From Phoronis australis (lineage: Eukaryota > Animalia > Phoronida): a DNA stretch of 45,164 nucleotides. Made by a program: the position numbers and the translations under genes. The notes beneath the pieces are model-generated. The model worked only from the letters and a program-made list of their open reading frames with translations, ran no database searches and was not told the DNA's origin. This document shows positions 24,301-35,053 of this stretch, one piece after another. The stretch covers positions 142,510 to 187,673 of the forward strand of contig NMRA01000392.1 in assembly GCA_002633005.1 (NCBI GenBank). The letters are read 5' to 3'. Each line of letters begins with the position of its first letter. Positions within the stretch are counted from its first letter, which is position 1.

Positions 24301-27300
24301 CCAGGCTATCTGGAGAAACTGGTTAATTGTAATTTTTTCTCCGACAACATCTTAAGTAAAGTGGTTGGTATGTTGAGGGTGCGGGTGTGTATGTGCGTAC
24401 GTGTGTGTGTGTGTGGTGAGAGTGAGACTGGCTTGCATCTTCTGTCTTTCATTTCTTTGTGTTTACGTTCTTTATACCATTAAAAATAATTGAATGGGGG
24501 ACTCTGGTTTTTTACTTATATTTTTAGAAAATGTGATCAGTCAAAGAGGAGTAAGAACGATACAAATGCGCAAAACATATAGGGTAAATTTTTAATGATA
24601 AACGATTGTGGTAAGAATCATACATTGACGATGTTGTATACTGACTCGCTGTGTTTCGATTTTCCTACCTCCTATAGTATTGATACTCGAGCGTACATTC
24701 GTTACTGTTGGTTCATAAGCTGATAGTTTCTGAATATACGACCGGACAGAACACTCCGGTTTTTCCATTGGAGAACGCTGATGCGCTAAAACGATGATTT
24801 CGATGATGCCGTGTTTCCCGATGGTTTTGATCTGAATTCTCATTTCCGAAGCGCCTTCACTCCTTTACGGGCCTCAATAACACTACAGTGCATACAATCA
24901 TAAACGGAAAAATCTAATTTAGCTAATAAATAAAAGTTATGATCCTTTATCTTCATCAGTTACGGGATTATTTGATAATGACTTTATCGGAGCCCATTTC
25001 ACTTGTATTAAGCCAAGTTCTAATAAGTATATGTAATTTAGGAATATATCAAGAATCTTGGAGAGCGAGCTGTGACGTACATAAACGTCGACGTTGCTCT
25101 TTCTTGGCCATATGTCATCAGTGTTGGATCATCTCCTCTCCTTTACGACGCTATTTACTCTGCAACAAAAAAGGTAAGATCTTTGGAAAATATCGCCATT
25201 TCACCCGTGACCAAGTGCTGTCTTCACGTTTTTAGTTTAAAAATTTTGCGCTAGATTACAGGTGACATGTTGACATTCTCTAATCAAACTTACTTGCATG
25301 AAATTCTGTGACATTTTGTGAGATTTTGAAAATTGTGTGACAAAGTGTCAGTCAAGTAGTTAGTGTTTTGTTAGGTCTCCAGTTATTTTAAGCTGCAGCA
25401 AGTGGTGATTCCTTTATTCACATATTACACAATATTTATGAAATTCATCAACGCTATTACTCACAAATGTCGTGTCTCACATAAGAGGTAAATACAAAGT
25501 TTGTGTATCTTATACGTGCAAAAAGTACAAAAATGAGACAATTGAAACTGTGACATTTTGAAAATTTCAAGATGTGACAACTTGTTACTTGCTATTAAAC
25601 GTGAACCCATTCCCTGAAACAGATTTTGCCGCAATTTCGCAGCACACATGCAGCAGATACAAGGACGTCGCATTGTTAGGCGTCACGTTGTAATTGCTGA
25701 GCAATGCACGTAGACATCATGCAACTATCACACTTCTCCAGCGGTAGCCAATACCCAGCTCAAACAGAGCTGAAGGGCCATCAAAATTGTTTTCACAGAT
25801 TTGTGAAGTGGACAAAAATCAGAAGAGGGGAGGATAATACTTGTTGTGTGTGATGATACAAACCAAACCAAAATCTATTACACGGAGTTGGCGCTCCATG
25901 TAATATAAGTTTGGTTTGAGCTGACCTACTGACTATATGCAACCCAGGCCTAGGATCTAATCATTTGCTCTAAATCAAATTCAACATTTTTGGTTCTACT
26001 TTAATACAAAATATTGATAACTTTCTATAACTCTTTGCTCCATGTTATGGTTTGAGTATAAAGATTAGACCCCAGGGTCGGGTCATATCTCACTAGAAAC
26101 TCGATAATCTGTCATAGTCAGCCATGGCGATATGTCAACCTCTGTGTGTGACAAAGGCAGTGGCATAGGCAATCTCTGTGAAATCTAAGTTTTGGCTGAT
26201 TCTCACTGCGTTTCAAAACACTGTCAAGCTTATATGGGTCTCCTACTAGAATGTTAATGACTACTTTTCAGATCCCTGACCCAAACTCAAGCTCGACGCT
26301 CTACGATGCCTGGTCTAAAAACTCCCGTACTCCTGCGGGGAAGTTGCCGATGTAAGACACAACCGAAAGGATGACGCACTTCCTAGAAAATTTATATTTA
26401 AGGGTTACGGCACTGTGCGTAGACGTCACTTTTACTATACCAAAAATGTATACGTCTACTCTAGTGAAGCTGTTGCTTTTCGACAAAGAAACTAACTTTA
26501 AGTTTAGGTCACCCCATTCTGGTATAAAACGGCATAGGCTTGCTTCTTACTCTACTCAGTTGTATAGTGATTTCTGTGTGAGCGAAAAATTGAGAGTTCA
26601 TTAGTGCTTGAGGCGAATTGCTCGATGACGCAGTATAAATTGACCCACAGAGACAATAGCACATGTTGGGCTTGTTTAAAAGCTATATAAGGAACTGTGT
26701 ACATTTTTCCTGGCACTTTCTCTTATTTGAGAAGGAAGCAAGTTTACAATAGTTTAAGGCCGCTAAGCACTCTAATTAAACTAAATTAAGGCTATGCTTC
26801 CCTAAAAACTGACATTCGTGGCAACCTCTCGTTACTGAAGTGCTAGTATAACAGCCGCTGGCGTAGCCACAAGAAGTCCGCAGGAGGGACCAAATGCGAT
26901 ATTATGCAGCGATCGGGGAGGGTGAAATGAGTGGTAGCTGCGTTATTAGTGTCCCTCTCCCGTGGCTACGCCAACGACAGCATAACCAGTTATTTTTTAA
27001 ATCATTGCTTCCTTGCAGTTAGACCTAGAAGTATTTTCTGTTTTTCAGGATAAAAGCCCTTGGCTCAGGCAGTGATTACGCGGCATTCTTTCAAAGAATT
27101 GGTGTTCCATCGGTCGACTTGACATATACGTTTGATAAGGTAATCATCTTCTTTCTGGTGAGATCATCTGATCTGATCGACCTTCTTTCCAGCATTTTTA
27201 TTGAAACGACTAGCTGTGAATCAGTAACAATCAGCTAACATATAGGCTGCTGAAATCATTATTTTTTATTTTGAATTACTTTGATGTATCACACATTTTA

Positions 27301-30300
27301 AAAAGTTATTTCCTTTGTTTTCACAATGTTGTTTGAACTTTGGAAAGGAAATTCATATTCTAAAACAGAAGACATTGTGACGGCTTAAGTAAATAAATGC
27401 AGGCGATCTGATGAGTGGTGCCGGACGGGCGCAGGCTGCACATTTGGGCCAGTTACAATGATCACCTAAAACTATTTTTATGCTTTATTAATATATAGTT
27501 AAAATCGAGTTGAGGAGCTAGAGACCTGCCCCAAGGGTCTAGCAGTGTGCTCCAGTGGAACTCAAAACCACGACCTTGAGTTTCGAGAGCGGACACTTAT
27601 CTCACTACATGTAGGTCACACTGCCTCCTCCTGCGACGGCTTCCTCATCACGTTGTTTTTTGACTTTTTAGGAGAAATGGGATATCTCCAGTTACCCCTT
27701 ATACCACTCAGTTTATGAAACGTTTCGTTTGGTTGATGAAATTACTGATCCGACATTCAAGTATCACGAGGCAATAGGAAAGCTCTGTGCAGAGCTTGCA
27801 CGGTCTATTGCCGAACCGTTAATTTTGCCTATGAATGTTACCCGTTATGGAGGAGCCTTGGCGTCCATGTTGTCTTCATTCGAAGCCGAACATAAACAAA
27901 GAATCGAAAACCGAGGACTAACAACAGGTATTTTTTCGGTGTACTTTTAATAATAAGCTTAGGTAGTAGTAGGTATAAAATGTCAATTGGCTGAGGACCC
28001 GCTTCATATCAGGTCGTAAGTGCAGTTTTAACTAAGAAGCACACAATTCAAAACATGTAGCTACTTTCCGAAATAGCCGCGCCATATTAAAAGTCACTTT
28101 CCCGCAAGAGGGCGATTACGCCTTTGATGGACAGGCTTTTAGCGTCACCTAGAGCAATACAGATGTCTGGTTTCAACCGACTGGCATAAACTTTGTTTTA
28201 ACACCTTTCCTGTTACAATAATGTCGGTACATTTTCACCGATGTGAAGTGGAGTGTGTTAATGGCTTACAAAACGCCGTAACTGGATGAAGGATGAAGGT
28301 CATCGTGTCCCATACATTCTCCACGGTGAAGGAAAACTTGCGGCTGCACAATCATTGGATAGACTGATAAAGCGAATTCCGATCCCAACCAATAGCAAAG
28401 AGCTGAAATAAATAAGTGAACTTAACCTTATCAAACATTGGGAGGGGTTGACTTTGGGATTTGTTGGTCTGTTTTTAATGAACCACTGTGTATTAGTTGT
28501 CTTCTGCCCACCAAATCTGCTTGAAGTCGATTTCTCTCTCACATTACTCCGCTATTATGTTGCTTGTGAAAGCGGTCATTATTCTGAATTAGAATAATTA
28601 TCAAATTTACTTGAATTGCAACGTTTACGCTTGTCTAAACCACAGCTTTGCATACATGTTCCTACGACTGTCTTGGCCACGTCCTGACTTATGGCATTTG
28701 ACAAAACGAGCCCTATAGCTACAGTTTGCCAACAAACGTGCAGTTGATATTTGGTGAGGACAATACACTTAATTAAGCATTTTAAAAATGTCTTTTCAGC
28801 AAAACTGAGGAAAGCAGTAATGGAGTTTTCCTCTATTGCAACCAAGTTTCAGGAGCGCGTTCAAAAGATTTCAAGTGAAGAAGCTACCAAAAATGAGTAA
28901 GTTCCAAGGTATTAGGAAGCAAGGTGTGTCAGGGTGAAACCACGGCGACCACCATAGTCATGGTACCACGCGTTTTTGAAAAAAGACATTCACACCAGAA
29001 CATATGCGAAAAATTAAACAGGAAATCTATCAACTACCGGTGCTGGGCCCTTGCCAGGACATTTTTGTTAGGGAGCCCCCATTTTTTTGCAGTGCAGGCA
29101 GATTAAATGCACACGAGATTGAAAAACTGTAAATCAAACAAGCGTTTAAAAATTGCCATGCACACATTTTCCAGAGAAAACTGATTCATTTGTTTATGTT
29201 GAAGATGAACATTTTTAGGACCTCTCTCTCTCAAGGGTTGATTGAGTCATCTGAGGCTCAATTTTTGTTGATGGATTTATTTCACTTGATATAAATTAGG
29301 AACCTGGCCTGCGCCCTAATAATAGCACCATTTGCTACTCATTTCTCGATTTTGAAATTATATATTCGTAGTCAGGGGCACACCCTCTTTTTATTTATAC
29401 CCTTTCTCACTCATGGATGGGGACCTTAACGAGGACAACACTTGACATTTTGTGAACTCGTAAAATCTTTTATATTAAATACTTTATCCCAATTCGTTGT
29501 TCAAAAATTATGTACCAAAGAAAATAATATGTAACGTGCTGTAACGTTTTCCTGTTTTCTGTTATTAAACTGCAAGTTTGCAGGCCGTTGAAATGTAAAG
29601 TGGTAAAAAATACATTCACGCACGTGAATTTTGAAAAAAAAGCAAAATTTTCGAACTCAGAACAGTGTGTACCTCACCTGAATTGCAATAGCGCACACGT
29701 GTGTTTGATTTCTATTACCCGGCTATAACAGCGACGAAGTCTCCGAGAGTTGACATGCATCACTTCCCAGCGAAAAAATATCACTTGCTAAAATTACTTT
29801 AAACTTCAATCGTAAACATTGTTAAATCATTCATGTTCAATATTCACCCTTGTCTAAGAATAAAAGCCCGCGATATGTTAACCGAAACGTTAATCAGTCG
29901 TTCCTGAATGGACCTCACTTCCGACTTCGCTGTAAATCTAAAATGGCGGAATGTCTTCCGATGCTATTGTGACGATTGAAATTTTATGGATTTTTCTCTG
30001 CTAACTTTGAAAGGATGACCCAAGTAGGTACTGGTGGCTTCATTATGACTGAGCATGCTTTAAAACCCTAGTTACTGTTGAAATCAAACTCAACTAAGTC
30101 TAAGATGTACTTAGAGGCGAAAAGTTGACAATATTAGACAATTAGACAATATTCCCAAATGTTTTATAACGATAAACGAATCTCCATAATTTTGAAAACA
30201 ATAATGTAAGAAAAGCAGTTTTGATGAAGAAGGGATTTCTCGTAGAGAACTCGGACTGTTGGAGAGTTTTAATGACTGTGTGCAATGCACATGCCTAGCA

Positions 30301-33079
30301 GATTAAGATGCTCAAAGCACATGTTGTGGCAATCGAAAACAAAGATTTCTGCGATTTTTGGAGATCAAGCTAAATTCATAAGTTGCAACACGTTACCACT
30401 GAAATGAACAAGAATTCACGTTAACACGAATTAATTCGGAATTTTTTTGAGGGAGGACACCCAATCCCCCGGGAGGTGCCCCGTCTCTCATGCTCACTGG
30501 TTGTCGAGATGACTGAGGGCACTGATTTCTTCGGAAATTACCTAAAAATCCCATACAATTAATTACGAATTTAAAAAAGGTCTTAACTAATTAATTGCTT
30601 CTCAAAGAGGGCCGTGTGTGGGTTTCGATTGCCATATGACAGCCAAACATGTCAGTTATTTTCTTCCTCCGCACGGTTTCATTGGTTTCGGGTTTACAAG
30701 ATTCAAAAGCTATTTTGACAATTAGATTGAAGTCAATCTTGTAGCAAACGAGTGCACTTGAGTGAAAATCGAAAAAATCTCAGTCGTCCGACCTCCAAAC
30801 AGCAAGATGCACAAGATGATTGTCGCCAATGTGAAATATCCCTCTAAGAAATTGCGTTTCAATACGTTGTATGTTGCGACATAGACTGGTGAAAGTCGGT
30901 TTGTTTAATTATCATTTGTCCCTCAACTCCAAGAGGCAAGAGGGGAAAGGGCAGCCACCAGTAATTCGAGGATTTTGGAAATTACCTTAAGGTAGTGTAC
31001 CAGCAACCTCGGCAGCGCACCCTTTCAAAATGTACCTTCAAACATGGCCCTAATTAATACTGTGCCTAAAGAAGCTAAAAACTCTGTTAAAGTGAATCTT
31101 GGCCTTGGTCTATTTCTCCCTGAGTATTTCCCTAGCTTTCAAAGCCAGCGGTGGGTGTTTCTTACGCTAAGTTTATACTCACGTAAGAGTTTGGTAATAG
31201 GTTACACCAGTCTTTGGCACCCTTAAACGTGACCTTCATAAAAGTATCCCTAAATCTGTAACGCGTGTAAAGTGTTCAGGTCTCGTGAATTTTTGTACAA
31301 ACAAAGAGATTTTTGAGGCTGCCTCCCCGGGTCAGCTCTTAGACAGGAAAGCCTGCACGCCTATGGAGGTGCAAGATTATTAACGAATAGCGGAGAGGCG
31401 GAAGTGATGCCGACAAGAGAGGGAAATTGGGTCCGAAGGGGGAAAGGGAAAATTTTCTTTTAAGTCGAATTAGTTAGATAACGTTTATCTATCTACTGGC
31501 CTGGGTTCAGTGGCGGATTGGGAGAGGCAGGTAGCTCGTGCCCCCTAACCTAAACTTCTTCCAGATTCCATTTGGCAGTTCGGGGTGTGAATGTCTGACG
31601 GGCAAAATTCTGGTTAATACTCTGCCCTGCCCCCATCCCAATCAAAATCTTGGACCCGCCTCTGGAGTTCAATTTTATGAGGTAGTTGGGACCGACCTGC
31701 GTCAGGGCTACAACAAATGCCCTACGTGGCGGATTTGAACAAAATACGAATTAAACACGATTGCGAGATACGTGTATCCATCCTCATGTGTCTGGGTTCT
31801 TTCCAGCCCGTTCCAGCTACGGATGATAAACGATCAGATGATGTTACTAGAAAGAGCTTTCACCGACCCAGCAGGATTGCCTGAACGGTTCTATGAGAAG
31901 TATGTAACTTGCCTTGTGTTAATCTTGAACAACAGATCCAATAATTTTGTAGTAAGTGCCATGTTCTCTTAAAAATGATCTGGCCATAGTTAATTTTCGA
32001 CACTCATAGGGCTTGATAATCACAGAACACAGTCCTATTTTTATCATTCTCGGTTCTAAGTTTATTTAGGCCTAAAGTGATTATAAACCTGTTTTTCAAA
32101 CGTTTGATTTACGCCAATTATTATATCCTTCTCCAGTACGCCCGTAACTGCTTTATAAATTAGCTCGACATGGCGTGTCTTTGTCCACCATTGTCTAAAC
32201 CAGTAATGAACAGGGCATTGTCAATTCTTTGCAAACACAGAACTCATCATGAGTATTGAGCATGCGGTCACCTGTGCTATTTTATTTGTATCCATCTATT
32301 CGGCAGTCTGTGTCTTGTTCTTGATAAAGAACGCGCCGCTCGAAAGGTGGGGAATATTTTAATATATTTTAGTACCGACTCTCGTCGATTTATTTTTACT
32401 GTGTTTACTATTTTTTATTCTTATCCGTGGGTAACTGCACGGTATTCCAGCATCTAGTTTATTTATTTAGTAATGAGCAAATTGAGACAGAGTGATAGAT
32501 GTTAAAGTACTCTCCCCTGAACGGAACTTGGCTTTGTAAACACTTTATGGCACATGAACGCAAGGTATTGAATAGGCCTATCTTTAAATGAATACGGTTA
32601 CGAAAGCTCGAATTTGCATGCGTGTTTGTAACATGAATATAGGGCTCACCAAGAGCAGGCTCGTCGTACCTGATGTGTTTGTATTTGGGACTAAACTGTG
32701 CTAACCATAGGCCTAATGTACTACAACACTAAATGAGAAACCTTCAACAAGAGTTTTATTGTGCCAAAATCGTGGGGGTACATACCGAGCATAAGCCCTG
32801 CTGTCTAGTGTTGCCAACCATATGCTGCCTATTGAGAAGGCGCTGCTGTTTTCCAGACACGTCGTCTACGCTCCAAGCAGCAAGAACACCTACGCCAGTT
32901 CGAGCTTCCCAGGACTGGCTGACGCCCTGTTCGACATTGATCACCTTCAGGGAGAGGAAGAGGACAAAGCCTGGCAGCTTGTTGAACAGCAGCTGGCCGT
33001 GACAACGTTCACTTTGCACTCGGCCGCATCAACCGTTGATGAAGTCACTAATTTGTTCAGGAAGGGGAAGACTGCCTGA
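5739..33079 (+). CDS. NAALAD2-like: Glutamate carboxypeptidase II / N-acetylated-alpha-linked acidic dipeptidase-like protein (peptidase M28B), 16 coding exons, 748 aa
   Basis: join(5739..5929,12776..12935,13795..13926,16595..16723,17804..17987,18723..18912,20473..20558,22010..22129,23040..23122,25042..25173,26272..26351,27049..27139,27672..27927,28800..28896,31807..31899,32857..33079). All introns are GT-AG, phases match and the total is 2247 nt. Motifs: [108 protein letters not shown]. Orthology among FOLH1, NAALAD2 and NAALADL1 is unresolved. Confidence 0.95.
7599..10775. mobile_element. Non-autonomous TIR DNA element (about 3.2 kb) in intron 1, PIF/Harbinger-like ends
   Basis: About 30-bp TIRs cagcacacatcacgaatttttgtcc(a/g)accgg at both ends, with subterminal GC-rich CCGACC/CCGGCC repeats and TAA/TTA next to the ends. 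No transposase recognised; superfamily tentative. Confidence 0.75.
8316..8889. mobile_element. Nested MITE with 22-bp TIRs and subterminal AATTACGCTCGTAA repeats
   Basis: cgttgaggggaaagtgtcgccg ... cggcgacactttccccccaacg (1 mismatch). The ttacgctcgtaa motif is repeated many times in both orientations near each end. Confidence 0.85.
12008..12810 (+). repeat. About 403-bp direct tandem duplication covering the intron 1 3' end and the start of exon 2
   Basis: Units start gaaattcactatcc at 12008 and 12411 and differ by a few SNPs and a 1-bp indel. A single N lies at the junction (12409). Confidence 0.92.
12776..12935 (+). CDS. M28B peptidase coding exon 2
   Basis: [53 protein letters not shown]; aacag| ... 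CAG|gtaata. Confidence 0.93.
13795..13926 (+). CDS. M28B peptidase coding exon 3
   Basis: [44 protein letters not shown]; tcag| ... GAG|gtgagt. Confidence 0.92.
14800..15400 (+). mobile_element. Degenerate, internally deleted Ty3/Gypsy pol relic (RT N-terminus joined to integrase C-terminus)
   Basis: [41 protein letters not shown] (RT start), then [29 protein letters not shown] and [21 protein letters not shown] (integrase end). Multiple frameshifts. Confidence 0.75.
15488..15768. mobile_element. Foldback/palindromic element (about 115-bp arms) containing a tRNA-like sequence
   Basis: 15488-15602 is the near reverse complement of 15655-15768. Confidence 0.85.
15616..15688 (+). pseudogene. 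tRNA-derived pseudogene / SINE-like head
   Basis: Cloverleaf-like: acceptor GTCCCGA/TCGGGGAC, A-box TGGCTCAGTAG, stem TCTGC-ACGGTTA-GCAGA, AGGTC variable loop, T-arm CTGGG-TCGAGT-CCCGG. It lacks U33 and one T of TTC. Confidence 0.7.
16595..16723 (+). CDS. M28B peptidase coding exon 4 (PA domain)
   Basis: [43 protein letters not shown]; gtag| ... AAG|gtaggt. Confidence 0.95.
17005..17700. mobile_element. HINE/Helentron-associated-like non-autonomous repeat (degenerate)
   Basis: Repeated ttttggcgaccttgac..ttttcaaggtca modules, also seen around 21745-21780. Boundaries approximate. Confidence 0.45.
17804..17987 (+). CDS. M28B peptidase coding exon 5 (PA domain)
   Basis: [23 protein letters not shown]...[28 protein letters not shown]; G|gtaagt. 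Confidence 0.95.
18723..18912 (+). CDS. M28B peptidase coding exon 6
   Basis: [62 protein letters not shown]; CG|gtagga. Confidence 0.94.
19311..19923. other. Assembly gap
   Basis: Run of N. Confidence 1.
19929..19969 (+). ncRNA. Degenerate minimal type I hammerhead ribozyme motif
   Basis: ccac-CAGACGA-a-GGTCTC(gagat)GAGACC-GAAA-GCTA-atgg. Core CUGANGA has U>A; palindromic AGCU stem III. The minus-strand sister copy (19115-19156) keeps the gtgg stem I partner. Confidence 0.5.
20473..20558 (+). CDS. M28B peptidase coding exon 7
   Basis: [28 protein letters not shown]; ttcag| ... G|gtgagg. Confidence 0.93.
20996..21093 (-). mobile_element. HINE/DINE-1-like element end with (CGTC)n microsatellite, same family as 33950-34242
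   Basis: Reverse complement ttatgcgccc..tatgccgtcatctccgtcc..gtccgctgctctatc.ccaaaaccctttgacata matches 33950-34103. Confidence 0.7.
21306..21395. repeat. (CCCT)n/(CT)n microsatellite
   Basis: Directly visible. Confidence 0.95.
22010..22129 (+). CDS. M28B peptidase coding exon 8 (Zn-ligand His and Asp)
   Basis: [40 protein letters not shown]; G|gtacct. Confidence 0.96.
23040..23122 (+). CDS. M28B peptidase coding exon 9 (catalytic EE)
   Basis: [28 protein letters not shown]; ttgcag| ... GAG|gtaatt. Confidence 0.96.
25042..25173 (+). CDS. M28B peptidase coding exon 10
   Basis: [44 protein letters not shown]; AAG|gtaaga. Confidence 0.94.
26272..26351 (+). CDS. M28B peptidase coding exon 11
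   Basis: [26 protein letters not shown]; tttcag| ... AT|gtaaga; phase fits both neighbours. Confidence 0.88.
26856..26976. mobile_element. 121-bp MITE with 15-bp TIRs
   Basis: cgctggcgtagccac ... gtggctacgccaacg (1 mismatch), with acagc on both flanks. Confidence 0.7.
27049..27139 (+). CDS. M28B peptidase coding exon 12
   Basis: [30 protein letters not shown]; tttcag| ... AAG|gtaatc. Confidence 0.95.
27672..27927 (+). CDS. M28B peptidase coding exon 13 (Zn-ligand His)
   Basis: [59 protein letters not shown]...; G|gtattt. Confidence 0.95.
28800..28896 (+). CDS. M28B peptidase coding exon 14
   Basis: [31 protein letters not shown]; tttcag| ... GA|gtaagt. Confidence 0.88.
31508..31664. mobile_element. 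Short MITE (CAGTGGCGGAT..TCCGCC.CTG family)
   Basis: cagtggcggatt ... ggacccgcctctg ends with C-rich interior. Confidence 0.55.
31807..31899 (+). CDS. M28B peptidase coding exon 15 (dimerisation domain)
   Basis: [30 protein letters not shown]; ttccag| ... AA|gtatgt. Confidence 0.94.
32857..33079 (+). CDS. M28B peptidase terminal coding exon 16
   Basis: [73 protein letters not shown]. Confidence 0.94.
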
Positions 33080-33149
33080 GAGATAACACGAATCGCAGTT
33101 AAACGGATAGATTGATTTAAAGGATGCATATAATTAACTACTGAAACAC

Positions 33150-33274
33150 CTGGTGGCGGATCTACCGGTTTGGGGGTACATGGGATTTAAAAGCCCTCAA
33201 TAAATTGTTTTTGTTCTGTCGCCATATTGTGACGGTAGATTGTGTAAATTTCCATGAGTGTAGATCCGCTGCAG
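33150..33274. mobile_element. Short MITE in the 3' UTR region
   Basis: ctggtggcggatctac ... gtagatccgctgcag inverted ends. Confidence 0.6.
33199..33204 (+). promoter_or_regulatory. Candidate polyadenylation signal AATAAA
   Basis: First AATAAA after the stop codon, followed by a GT/T-rich tract. Alternative AATAAA cluster near 33863-33875. Confidence 0.35.
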
Positions 33275-33949
33275 CCATTTGCTTTTTAATGTCGACAAAA
33301 TTCCGTCTAATTAATTCTAATTGGGCCGTCCCGGACGATAGGACTCTTCTCTGTCCCGGAGGTTAGAAAGCGCGTTGTTTCCCGTGCCATGGTTTGGAAT
33401 GTCGGGCACATTTTCGCAGGTCATGTGGGAACTGCCGAAGTTTATGACCGCGGCAATATTTTTGATTTAAACCGTTTGACACTACCGGAATAGACATGGC
33501 ATATTCAAAAGGGGATTGTATTCGATTCAAAATTAACGCTATCGCCGACGAATTTGTTTTACCCACCCCCTCCGCATTTTCGTATCTTTGACTTATGTCA
33601 GGGAGGCAAGGCACTCATCCGAAATTGCAGCCTACAGCACAACGTTAGTACTTCGCTGGTACTGGAAGGGCACATAGGGGTAATGCAGCGGAGAAAAACT
33701 TGTAGAGATGACGACGACAAAAAATGTGTGGAACTTCAATGCCGCGAATTACAAAAATGCTTGACGGATCTTGTGGCAATACGGGTAAATAAAGCAAGAT
33801 TCTAGTGTTGCTGTGTATACCGTGCATAAGGTGATTCAATGTTGTACAAACTTTAATGGCATAAATAAAATAAATTGAAAAAGGACATACGTCTTCCTCA
33901 CAAGTTTAATTACTGTGGACTGCTGTTATTAATTGATATACTGTGTTCA

Positions 33950-34242
33950 TTTTTATGCGCCCACATATTTATATGTGGACGCATTATGCCGTCATCTCCG
34001 TCCGTCCGTCCGTCCGTCCGTCCGTCCGTCCGTCCGTCCGTCCGGCGTTCGGCGTCTGGCGTCCGGCGTCCGCTGCTCTATCTCCAAAACCCTTTGACAT
34101 ATGTTCATGAAATTTGGCACATATGTTCCATTCATGAATGGGACGGCATGTGCGAACTTTCGGACGGATCCGACTACCGGTGTGCCCCCTAGTGGCAATT
34201 TTAGTTTTTTACGCTTACCTTTGTATCTTCAAAAGTCCTGAA
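33950..34242 (+). mobile_element. HINE/DINE-1-like (Helentron-associated) element running into a gap
   Basis: T-run, then hairpin gcgcccacata-ttta-tatgtggacgc, (CGTC)n microsatellite at about 33997-34041, and the ttcatgaaatttggcaca module. Confidence 0.7.
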
Positions 34243-35053
34243 NNNNNNNNNNNNNNNNNNNNNNNNNNNNNNNNNNNNNNNNNNNNNNNNNNNNNNNNNN
34301 NNNNNNNNNNNNNNNNNNNNNNNNNNNNNNNNNNNNNNNNNNNNNNNNNNNNNNNNNNNNNNNNNNNNNNNNNNNNNNNNNNNNNNNNNNNNNNNNNNNN
34401 NNNNNNNNNNNNNNNNNNNNNNNNNNNNNNNNNNNNNNNNNNNNNNNNNNNNNNNNNNNNNNNNNNNNNNNNNNNNNNNNNNNNNNNNNNNNNNNNNNNN
34501 NNNNNNNNNNNNNNNNNNNNNNNNNNNNNNNNNNNNNNNNNNNNNNNNNNNNNNNNNNNNNNNNNNNNNNNNNNNNNNNNNNNNNNNNNNNNNNNNNNNN
34601 NNNNNNNNNNNNNNNNNNNNNNNNNNNNNNNNNNNNNNNNNNNNNNNNNNNNNNNNNNNNNNNNNNNNNNNNNNNNNNNNNNNNNNNNNNNNNNNNNNNN
34701 NNNNNNNNNNNNNNNNNNNNNNNNNNNNNNNNNNNNNNNNNNNNNNNNNNNNNNNNNNNNNNNNNNNNNNNNNNNNNNNNNNNNNNNNNNNNNNNNNNNN
34801 NNNNNNNNNNNNNNNNNNNNNNNNNNNNNNNNNNNNNNNNNNNNNNNNNNNNNNNNNNNNNNNNNNNNNNNNNNNNNNNNNNNNNNNNNNNNNNNNNNNN
34901 NNNNNNNNNNNNNNNNNNNNNNNNNNNNNNNNNNNNNNNNNNNNNNNNNNNNNNNNNNNNNNNNNNNNNNNNNNNNNNNNNNNNNNNNNNNNNNNNNNNN
35001 NNNNNNNNNNNNNNNNNNNNNNNNNNNNNNNNNNNNNNNNNNNNNNNNNNNNN
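34243..35053. other. Assembly gap
   Basis: Run of N. Confidence 1.

Noticed and set aside
27545-27610. Minus-strand tRNA/SINE head-like fragment
   Set aside because: A and B boxes are too degenerate to support a call.
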